Source: Callorhinchus milii (taxonomy: Eukaryota). Taken from it: a DNA stretch of 64,000 bases. Location: NCBI RefSeq assembly GCF_018977255.1, contig NW_024704743.1, forward strand, positions 16,928,001 to 16,992,000. Direction: 5' to 3'. Below the pieces are notes generated by a model. That model saw only the letters and a program-made list of their open reading frames with translations, was not told the DNA's origin and searched no databases. The first letter of the stretch is position 1, and the number at the start of each line of letters is the position of its first letter. Positions 12,901-24,900 of this stretch are shown here, one piece after another. The position numbers and the translations under genes were made by a program.

Positions 12901-15900
12901 CTCCTATACCATCTCCTATACCACTGACCTCCTATACCATTGACCTCCATATTGATAATATCTTTCATTCTTCATGTAACCCACTTTCTCGCTGATAATT
13001 CCAGTCTCTGTGCCTAACATTTCACTCTGCCCGGGATTCAAACCCAGGTCCTCTCGCTTGCGAGGCGAGTCCTCTAACCACTAAGATCCAGGACTGCCTA
13101 CAGGACAAATACCAAGAAAATATTTTAATAAGCAATTGAACCTGAGCAGTGGCAGAATGGGGGTAGGGTTTAATCAAACAAGAGAAAAAAATAATGTGCT
13201 GGTAGGAGAGGAGATGCAATGTGCAATTGGCATTGCTTATGTTTCCTAACATGTATCAAGGTTTTCAAGATGAAAAGGATCTTTTATCTTTCTCTTTTAT
13301 CCAGTGTGCTGACAAACTTCCAGTAGGAACTGATAGGGTTTGAAGAAAGTGTGATAACTACCAAAGTAAAGTATTTGTTTTAACATTTACTAAATCAATA
13401 TATCTATTTATGGGCCAAGTTATGATTCAAAAAGAGAAGGGAATTTCTCCTGGTGTCCTGGCACAATAATCCTCCAGATTAAGAACATAAGAAATCCAAA
13501 CTAAGACGTACAAGCAATCCAGGTCACAGTCTAAACAGTCATAGAAGGTCAGTATAACTGGTTTAGGTTACCAGCGGGTGGGGCACAGGTAGAAGTCTGT
13601 CCAACATTTGGTTGACGATTTCTGTCAGGAAGGATTCCTCCCTTCATCTTGTGGAGATTTATTCCAAAATAAATTCCAAACCAGAGGGGACCCGAGGATA
13701 ATTCTTTTTTACACAGAGAGTTGTTACAACTGTTATGCGCTGCCTGAAAGGGTGGTGGAAATAGATTCAATAACAACTTTCATAAGGGAATTACATGGGT
13801 AATTGAAAAGGATATGAGGAGAGCGTGGGGGGGTGGGACTGATTGGGTAGCTCTTCCAAAGAGAAGGCACAGGCACGATGAGCCGAATATTCTATGATTC
13901 TATGTTTAAAAGATTTAAATATCTCCTGCCAGTTCTTCCCGTCAGAGGACAATGAATGGCACTTCTTCAATCCCCAGACTTCAGGAGGTTCCTTTAGGCC
14001 ATAAAAATCATCTATAAATATAATCCAGTTATTTTCTAATAATAAGAAATTTCACAAAAGGTTTCACATGATATAGTGTAAAGTCCAGTAACTGTATTTT
14101 GTAGATGTTCGTGACAGCCAATTCATGTCAGTCAATTTGCGTACAGCAATTTTGTTGACCCCATAAAGAATGAGAGGTTTTGATGTATCCTGGAGCACAT
14201 TCAAACTGTGGGGTTGAAAATAGTAAATGTGCTGTGGATATTGCAGGTATTGCATATTATTATAATTATTATTATTGTTGTGTCTGGAAGATTGTCTGCG
14301 GGATCTGTAGAATATGTAATTTCAAGTAAGTATGAGGTACATGTGGGATCTCAGCCGAATACATGTGTGTTACTGCTGGGAGGTTGAACATGGGGGTTGA
14401 ATTTACGATATCAGTAAACAGTTTTGAAGCATTGATTACAACTTGTTAGTGAATATCAAAGCCTGTTTGGTCTGAAATTTAAAAAAATGTATTTTTTCAA
14501 TTCCTGAAAGCCAGCAAAGTGTAAGGAGAAGTGGAATGCCATCAGTCCGATGTATTCCGCAGCATAATCAATGGTTTAGAATTTAAATAATTACAAATTA
14601 CGTTTTAAGAAGAGTTAATTCAGGTTAATTAATACTAGAAGTTAGATTCAATTATTGCATTCCTAAATCCCTCCACCTAATCCCTAACTCTCTCCCAAAT
14701 CCCTAACTCACTCCCTAAATCCCTAACTCTGCCTAAGTCCATCTACCAAAATTCCTAACTCTCCTTAAATCCCTAACTCTACCTAAATTACTCGCTAGCT
14801 CCATTTCAGCTTTCAATATCCGTCTAAAAGATATTCTCTTTCACTGCCTCTATTTGTTGTTGTCTTTATGTAGCACCGTGATAATCTTGATTTTTTTTTC
14901 CCGAATTGAATACTCTGAATTACTTTGAATTGTGAACATTATTCTGCAGAATCCCTAACAAGTTCCTTACCTTATCACAGAGTTGTTATGATGTGTCTGT
15001 TTTCTAGGGATCCCCTGGGTTGCCAGGGCTTCCGGGGCCTCCAGGTCTCCCTGGTATTCCAGGTCTTCCTGGTCATCCAGATAAAGCGAAGGTAATGGAC
15101 TCATACTTAGTCGGCTCCTCGGCATCACCTGGGGCCCCTGGCCAGCCAGGACAGGATGGCGCATCGGGTGAGCCAGGTCCGAGAGTAAGTAAACAGCTCT
15201 TCACGCCTGGATTTGAACATCATATCTGGTTTTAGCTTTGCTTCTTTGACTGGAAACCTATGTTGGTTGGTGGTGTATTGACATGTTATGACTTTGACAT
15301 TTTGCAGGACTTTTATGAAGAATTTAGCAGCGCTGGTGAGGTATTAAGATGGACCGTTCAGATCCATTTAACTCCCCCGTGCACTGATTTAAAGAAGTAG
15401 GCTGAAAAGGCAGTCATTTTAATTCAGACCATTGAAATTCACCATGTTTCCAGCTCTTTAACACTAGCTTGCATTTATTTATATGCTTATTTATTATTGT
15501 TATGTCCTGCTGTATGGTTGTGTACACATTCCACAAGGATGTGACAAGTGATCGGAGTGATTTGTGGGGAAATGCATACAGTAGGGGTGACACAGTAGAT
15601 CTGTGCTCTCGGCAATGGGAGCATTCTATTGGCGTTCCCCTGTTCCACACATTAATTCCCCCTGGTTGGTTTTGGTGATAAATATGAGACCATGATGTCT
15701 GCATAGCGACAAAAAAATGAAATTAATCACCGCAATAATGTTACTTGTGAGGTCACAAATTAGGTGGCAGGTCCTGGAGTGAGTTTCTGGGCCTTATTCG
15801 CACATTCTTATCTATGTATCTAGGTGGTGGGAAATTGTCATGGCTTTGGCGATGGGGCATTGGGATTAATTTATTGACTATGATCATCAAAGGGCATGAT

Positions 15901-18900
15901 AGAGTAGATAGTGGGAGATTGTTTCTCCTGGTTGGAGAAACTAAAACCAGGGTCACAACCTTAAAATCAGAGGCCAGCCCTTTCGCACTGAGTTGAGGAA
16001 GAACTTCTTCACTCAAAGGATGGTGAATGTATGGAACTCACTACCCCAAAGGGTTGTTGACACTCAGTCCTTGAACATATTCAAGACTGAGATAGATATA
16101 TTTCTTATTGCAAAAGGGGTTAAGGGATATGGGGACAAGGCAGGGTTATGGTATTAGCTGGAGTTAGATTAGAAGATCAGCCATGATTGAATGGCGGGGC
16201 AGGCTTGAAAGGCCTACTCCTGCTCCTACTTGTTATGTTAAAATCTAATAATTTGGTAGAACAGGTTTGATGGCCTGAATGGCCTCCTCCTGTTCCTATT
16301 TTCCCTTGTTCAAAGAGCTCTCTCAGCACAGCTGCAACAAGGGAAATTTACAGCTTACTTTGGGCCAGCAGAAAGACGTACAACATTTAGGTGACTCCCA
16401 CAGTACTGGAGAACCAGCTTGGTGGACTTTATCGCCAAGTTACTCCCATGCCACCATCAGATGTGACTCGAGCATCTTTAAATCTTCTGCCTCTCCCTCA
16501 CACAAGCAAAAAAGAGTATTCTACTCCCAGGATAACCTGGAGGCCAAAAATAATCCCAAATCCCTGTTCTATATATATCACCTCCTCCATGTGATCTACC
16601 GGCATCATTATATCTCCAAATGTTTTCTCCTCCCGCCCCCAACCGTGCACCTGCATTGTATCCCAAGGCTCCATCCTTGGCCCCCTTCATTTCTTCATTT
16701 ACATGCTCCCTCTCGATGAAGTCATCTGCAGACATGGGGTCAACCTACACAAGTCTGCAGATGACACCCAGGTTTACCAATGTTCTGTCTTCTTGCTTGT
16801 CAGACATTTGTTGTTGATGTTGTTGTAAACCTGGATGAGCATCAACATTCTGCAACTGAATGTTGACAAGACAGAGCCATCCTCCTTGGCTCCCATCAAC
16901 ATCTTCTCACCCGCAGCTCCAACCTCTCTAACCTCCCCAGCTCATCCCTCAGACTCACTGAACTTGTGCGCAATCTTAGCGTAAAGTTCGATCCTATCTG
17001 TCCTTCCCACCCCACATCCACTTCCTGACCAAGTCCGCTTTCCACCACCTCGCCTCCAACCCCATTGCTCGCCTCCAACCATACCTCACCCACAACGCAG
17101 CTGAATTCCTTAGTCACACATTTATCACCTCCCACTTCAATTTTTCAGATATCTGCCTTGCTGGTCATCCCAGCTCTACCACACCTAAAATCCATCTAAT
17201 TCAAAACTGTATTGTCCGTATTCTCACCGGATTCAAACTCCACACCATCATCACCCCAGTCCTTGCCAGGGTCCACTGGCTCCCTATTGCAGAACCAATC
17301 AATTTCAAGATCTTCATAACTTACATCCAAATCATTTCATGCCCTGGCTCCTCCCTACCTCTTTGATCTGCTCACACCTCACACTATTATCCTTTGCTCA
17401 GCTGACTCCGAACCACGATCGGAGAATGTGCTTTCAATCACTGCGGCCCAAAGGAACAGAATACTTCAATCTCTCCATCTTGCCACTCCTTGCCCATCTT
17501 CAGATTGCATCTGAAGTTCTTTCTTTTTATTTGTCCTCCTAATCTTCCTCTTTATAGTCACCTCCATTCCCTCCCTGGCTTGGCATTAACCTCCGCCACT
17601 ACTAAGCGCACCAAGAGGCTACTTGCGTGAAGGGCCCTACATAAATATTGTTGTTGTTGCTGCTAAGGCCTGAAATCTCTCCTCGTCTTAGCTGTAAGAT
17701 CATTTTATCTTAAAATTTAAGACTTTGCAAAATTTGAGACAAATCTTCCATTCTTAGTTTGGAAGCCAATTCTTTTAAGAACTACAGAAAACTGGCTTCC
17801 AAATGAAAACAGGGATTTTCCACAATTTGGGGCAATCTTCAATCTTATGATAGAGGGGTCTTACACACGGAGACTAGGTGGAATTTTAAACGCATAGTTG
17901 GAGCTGGAGGAATAATTGAGGGTTCGGACTCCACAACATTATACCACACAGTAAAAATCAGCAATAGTTGTGATTTTAGCTTGCTGTAACTAGTGCTCTA
18001 CTTCAGTTGGATGTCTCCCTTTACCCACTGTTTAAAGCAGGCACTGTGCAGGAACTTGTGTAGAATCTTTAACAGGAGAAAAAACTAATTTGAATGTTTG
18101 TGCAAGAGTTTGATAATCGTTTGCTGTGGGCTTGCAAGACAACAAAAGCAGCTTTATTGGTGAAACATGGCTCTGTGCAGGACTGAAGGAAATCTGCCTT
18201 TTTATATACATTCAGATATTGGCAAATACTAACTGCTTTGTATTACAGCTCTCACATGGTCCATTTCTTGCTGCTTGGTTGGTTTCTACAGCAAAGAAAC
18301 AATGTGATTTTAAGTGCATGTGAATTGCAGAGAACTCACTGGGTGAAATCCTGAGGGTCAGTGTGGTATTTAATGCATCACATGAGCAGAGGCAGAACCT
18401 CCAATTCTGTTCGCAATGATGAAGGTGGAGTTGGATTTGGAGTTTGATGGTTTTAGATCTTTGACTGCCAATTAGAGTAGTGGCTTTTTATTGAACAATA
18501 AACTCATGGCTGGTATCCTACTAACATGTCCAATGTCAGGTCTTGACTTCTCTGACTTCACCATTAAGATCAAGATCGGGGATTGGCACACCCTTATGGT
18601 GTAGTGGATAGAGTGGCATCTTTAGGCCAAGAGTTTACTGGTTTGTAATCCCAGCCCACACAGAGTTTGCTGGTCTCAGCCAGGCCTCATGGAGTAGGTT
18701 AAACTGGCCTAGGGAGGGGAAAGCCAGAAAGAATTACAACAAATTATACTTGTATAAAGTCCTTCACTTCGGAATGACGTCCCAGGGCGCTGGACAATCA
18801 GGGATTTGGGACCCGAGCTGGGAGTTGGGGTCAGGAGGGGTAGAGGGCAGTGGGTTGGGAGGGTAGCCGAAGGCAGGGTCAAAGAGGAAGGTCTTTAGAT

Positions 18901-21900
18901 GGGAACTTGAAAGAGGCACGAGAGGGGTTTAAGTGGAGGGATTGCGGGATAGAGTTCCAGAGTGTGGGGGCAAAGATGCTGAATGCCTGACCACCAATGA
19001 TGAGGCTAGAAGTGCGGGGCACCTGTAGCAGGCCAGTGTCTGCCGAGCAGATGGAGCAGACAGGCTGATATTGGGTTAGGAGGTCGCTGAGGTAGGGGGG
19101 GAGCAAGACCATAGAGGCTTTTGAAGGTGAGAACAAAGGTTTTGAACTCAATTCTCTGAGGGATAGGGAGCCAGTGAAGCCAGGCAAGGATGGGGGTGAT
19201 CGGTTCATGAAGCTTGATGTGGGAGAGGACACGAGCTACAGAGTTCTGAATAATCTGCAGCTTGTGGAGGGAAGAGTTGGGAAGAGTACGTTCTGTCCTT
19301 AGCATGTTCTACTGGGTGTGTGGCAGCCAGGTGAGAGGAGAGGTAGAGATCAAGCTTGGCTGTGATGCCCTCTAAAATTGAGGCTCACTGTCAAGGCTCA
19401 CAGAATGGTCACTTGTGCAACCAGCGCCCATAGAACCCCATCTCAGCGAGAGGAGGCTGGGAACCAATAACAAAAACATAAGCCAATGGGAAGAAAATCT
19501 GAAAAATAATTGGACACACTGACATTTTTATGAATTAAAACGGTGTCGGGGATCGGTGGGGGATTCAATACAGGCCCATTCAATGTTGTAAATATCACGT
19601 GGAACACAGATTTCACCCCTTTATCAACCTCTCTGCGTAAAATGTTTATAATTATGACTAAATTGTGAACAACTACTATTTTGACATTTCGAACAATTCT
19701 TCAAAGATCTATACAAGTTCATTAAACTTTGTGGCCCAGTTGTATTTATCAGCGGTTTACATGAACTTACCCAGTATCAGCATCACTGCACATAACCATC
19801 CTTGGGATCTGGCTAGAATCCACCACTGTGTTTGCATAAACCTTATGATCCAGGCAGCTTCACAAGAGAGATTCAGGTGAAGTAGGATCTCCCACCCATT
19901 TGACCTCGTCCTTCCAATAAACCAACATTACCATTTTCCCATTTCCCTTTGTGTAATATTCTGATATCTGTTTTAAACTTGCTTCACAACCCTGAATACG
20001 TCCCCACTTGTCCTACTGCCTTGGCATAACTGAAAGTATTATTCTGGGTTTATTTTCTCTATCCACCTAAGCATCTTAAATACTTTTCTAAAATCACCCT
20101 TTTGAAAGATCTCTTTTTGAGACTGAATCATCCCTACATTATCCCGTCCCTTGTTATATACAAGCCATCTCATGATAAGATGGAATGAGCAGCACTGGCA
20201 CTGTGCTTAGCACTGATGCTCACACTAGCCTTTTGGAGTGATTTAAAAGTAGAGGCCAAATAAATATCTGTCCGACACAAATAATAATGCAAGTTGTTTA
20301 CGGGACTGAGAAACAGCTGTAAGCATTCCCTTGTGAATTAGAGATTAAAATGAAATAGCCATATGTGCACAGTATGTTGCTGTCAATATCCACTGCCACA
20401 TTTTTATTGTTTATTTTTTGTAGCATTTGGAGACACATGTCTCAAAGGCTTTGGGTTTAATAGTCCAGAAATGTATGGCTACAGTAAATGTTTTCTGTAT
20501 GTGAATAATTGTGGCTTTCATCATCCTAAGGGTCCATCAGGGCTGGATGGAGTTGCAGGTCCAGCCGGACCAAAAGGAGACAAGGTGGGTCTTTCACAGA
20601 TTGTCATATGGTCCAACAGTGACAGGGTTGTTCACTGACCTGAGACACCCTGAGTAATCATATAGCATCTGAGTCACTACCCCGTGTGGTACGGTGTAGA
20701 TGTAGAGCTCCATGAAACTCAGTAAAATGTTAATTGATGCCTATTCCCCCGAACAGAGGAAGGATGATTGTGTGGAAAGTTCGTACTGAAAAAGATAAAG
20801 GCCCACAATACAATGTTTACATCATAGGATGTGTAGAAGGGAATGTGATATCCTCTGGCATTGTGCTGAAATTGTGACCTGGTATGAACTGTGTTTTGCA
20901 CTGTTTTGAATTTGAAATGAATATAACTTCTCTACCCACAGGGTGATCATGGTCTGCCTGGCCTCCAGGGAGCAAAGGTAATTGCAATGCGCATTACAAC
21001 TGTCACATTGTGTTAGGTTACATAAGGTCTGAAATATTATCTAGTCTTAGTTGATAAAACCGTGGATGGGTCAGTGGATGGATGAGGATGGATAAGTGGA
21101 TCGACTGGCTTCGGCCTTCTGCTTGTCCCTCATGCCCTCCATTCCGCCATCGGTGGCTGTGCTTTCAACCACTACACCCCTAAACTCTGGAACAATCTTC
21201 CTCTGTCCCTCCGCCTTACCTTACCTATCTTCAGGTCACTCCTAAACATCTTCCTCTTCTTACGGTCACCTCCCCCTGGTATCGCGATCCGCCACTGTCA
21301 AGTGCTCTGGGATGCTACCCTACGTGAGAGGACTTATATAAATGCACGTTATTGTTGGGTGGATGAGTGAGTGATTTAGGTAGTTGGTGAGTTTGAGAGG
21401 ATAGGTCTGGATGGGTGAGTAGGTGTAGCCTGATTTACTACTTATTTTGTTGGGATTTATTACAAAGGATATAGCATCGATGGAAAGACTACAGAGGATG
21501 TTTGCTGGATGGTAACAGGGCTGACAGGTTGCTCCGAGCAAGAAATTTAATAGAGGTGTTTGAAAGGGTACCTACTTGTGATTGAGGCTGTTCCCACTGG
21601 TTGGGGAGTCTATAACCCGGAACATAAGTATAAAATAGTGACTAGGGGAACTAAAAGAGAATTTAGGAGGGATTACATCATGCAAAGGGTAGTGAGATTG
21701 TGGAACTCACTGCCTGAAACAATGATTGAATCAGATGGTGTAGATCAGTGGAGACCAACCTGTGGAAGTCGCCCATAGGGCTGTCAAGAAGCCCCCCCCA
21801 CCCCCTCCGCTTGAACTTACACGTGAGTGTATTGGATCAGTGGTGTGTCTTCAGATTTTTCTTGAGTCATTTCTGGTAACAATCAAGTATTTAATCGAGT

Positions 21901-24900
21901 ACGGTGCATTCAAGAGGAGGCTGGACCTTCACGAAAGGGAGAGGGGAATAGAACAACAACAACTTGCACTTATATAGTGCCCTCCATGCAGGGTAGCATC
22001 TCAGAGCGCTTAACAGTGCCGGAGCCTTGGGGAGGTGGCCGTAAGCACGGTAGAAGAGGAAGGTTTTCAGGTGGGACTTGAAAAAGGGGAGAGGGGGCAA
22101 GGCAGAGGAATTGAGGGAGAGTGTTCCACAGTTTGGGGGCATAGAGGCTGAAAAAGCGACCTCCAGTGGTGGAGTGGAGGGTGCGAGGGATAAGCAAGAG
22201 CCCGGTGCCAATCAAGCAGAGGCGCCAGATGGTGGATTGGGGAGTGAGGAGGTCAGAGAGTAGGGAGGTGCCAGGGAGTGAAGGGATTTGAACACAAGTG
22301 TGAGGATCTTGAAATCAATCCGTTCAGTGATGGGCAGCCAGTAGAGCCTGGCCAGAACTAGTGAGATGTGGGTACGGAGTTTGGTTCAGGTAAGTATGTG
22401 GGCAGCAGAGCTGGATTTTTTCCGATAGTAGAGCTGGGTAGACCAGTGAGGAGTACATTTGAGTAATCCAAGTGGGAGGTGACAAATGCATGCACAAAGG
22501 CTGCATTTGGGGTAAGCTACGGTCGGAGGCGGGCAATGCGGCGGAGGTGGAGGAAGGCGGTCCTGGTCAACGACTGGATGTGGCGGAGGAAGAAAGGCTG
22601 GGGGGTCGAACCACACACCTAGATTGTGCAATGGTTCAGTGAGTCTGAGGGAGAACCCAGGGAGGTCGAGGAGTTCAGATCCACAGGAGCGAAGATGTTG
22701 ACAGGAGCCAAGGAGTATGGCTTCCGTCTTGTCCGCATTCAGCTGCAGGAAGTTTGCAATCATCCAAGCCTTGATGTCTGCCAGACAAGCTGACAAAACA
22801 TTGGCAGTATGGGAGTAAGGAATGGGTGAAAACTCATGTGGAGTATAAACACTGGCTCGGACTAGTTGAGCTGAGTGACCTGTTTCAGTACTACATATTT
22901 TTTGTAAATCTATGTAAAAGTATCTCAAAATACAGTATATGAATTTTGCAAATGGATACTTGAAACAACTAAACTTTGTGTCCTTGTGACTTTCTAGGGT
23001 GACATGGGAGATAATGGACTGCCAGGTCCTGCAGGCAAACCAGGTCAGCCCGGCAAAGAGGGGCCAATGGGACCACCAGGACCTCCGGGACCTCCAGGAC
23101 CCTCGAGAGCTTCAGGAAGAGAAGGGAGCGGGATCAGCTCCGGATTTGAGGTAATGTTGAAAGTACAGGGATTATATTGTTGGGGTAAAGATTTAAACCA
23201 CAGACTTGTCAGGATAATGATGGGGCAATACAATACAATACAGTTTACACTTATACAGAGCCTCTCACATCAGGAGATTGTCCCAAAGTGCTGATAACTC
23301 TGGATGGGAGCTGAGCAGGAGAGGAGGGGAAAAGATGACTGAAAGCCCGGTCAAAGTGGTACATTTTGAAGGAGGGTGGGAGAGAGGGAAGGAGCAAGTT
23401 ACAATGGACCAGGGCTTGGAGTTCCAGAGAAAAGGTGCCATGTGTCTGAAGGCCAGTCTGCCCATGGATAGAGTGGGGATGTGGCATAAGCCAGTGTCAG
23501 TTGAGCAAAGGGTGCAGTCGGGTTGGTACAGATGAAGGAGTTTGCAGAGATCAGGTAGATATCAGCCCATGAAAACATTGGGTATTGCAATTGTTTCTGT
23601 GGTCAGGTGGATGTCTGACACATGAGGAAACCCATCGCTATGCTTAACAGTAGCAGACTGAACCAGACAGAGGTTGATGCATGCTTCCCACAATGGAAAT
23701 TCCACCAGTGGGAAATTTCCGCACATGGAAATTCCAACTCTAATGATAGAAATCCAGGATTGCAGATGACCCTGTGCTCTTTACCCTGTTCCAAATATGC
23801 AGTGCATAACGTGATCATAGTCAAAAAGGCAGAAGATGCGGTCAGCCCCCAACTCTGGGGCTAAATGCTCCTTAACCCACTTCCAACGTTTTGAGGCCCA
23901 AATTTTCACTTGGTCTTAGGCTGTCACGAAGAGTAGCCATATTTGCATACAAAAGCTGTCATACACTTGTGAATAATTACTTGTGAAGAGTTTTGAAGAC
24001 ATTTCAATGTGATAATAAAAATTCAAGGTCTTTCTTTCCAGCAGAGCGAAAGTAGTTGCTTGCAAGGAGACATGATTCACTACCGTTAAAATTGACGTAC
24101 TCAATTGATTCTAATTAGCCTTACACACAATATATCAGTTGCATTGTTTTCAGCATCGTTCCAGACGTCTTGATGTAACTGCTTTTAAAGGACTGGATTT
24201 TAGTTTTCTTTATATTCCAACAGGATATGGAAGGTTCTGGTGCATTTGGACTACCGGGCATCCCGGGCAAGGCTGGACTCCCAGGTCCTCAGGGACCCCC
24301 GGTAAGGACATTAAATAGAATTCACAGTGAGTTGCGATTCCTGCTTTCTTACCATCTGCCATTATTGCTACCTTGTCTGAGTTTCCCATTCTACACTAAA
24401 ATGTTTCAGATCAAGAAACACAAAACAAAGCCCATTTCAGTGAGCTTGTTCAGTAACCATTACGTGTTGAAATAAGCGTCCTCTCCGCCCCCCAACCCCA
24501 ACTCTGTGACAATGGTTGGGTCTGAAGCTGTCCGCAGGCCCCCCGCCCCATTGAATCATGCCATTGGCATTCCAGTTAGAAGGATATCGGCTTACCTCAT
24601 CAACAAAAATAAGAGTTTAGCTGGTAACCAACCTGCAGATCCAATGGTAGTTTCGGCTGCAATTTCCACCCAAATCCACTGCTCGGTTCAATAAAGGATT
24701 TCTCATCAAAAGTATTTGCATTTCATAGATAACAAACAGCGGGCATTTTTGCTTACCAAGTACCTAGAACTTGTTGCAGTTCAAACACAAGGAGATAAAT
24801 CTACAGGATTTCTTAACAGGATTCCTGAGTAAGGAATCCCATTAGAATTAGAACATAAGAATTGCCAGACAAAAGAATACCAAGGTTCATCCAGTTTGCC

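Noticed and set aside
24819..24842. Short hairpins (GGATTCCT/AGGAATCC; also 25692-25731) as terminators
   Set aside because: Intrinsic terminators do not apply to a Pol II intron, and stems this short are expected by chance or from MITE debris.
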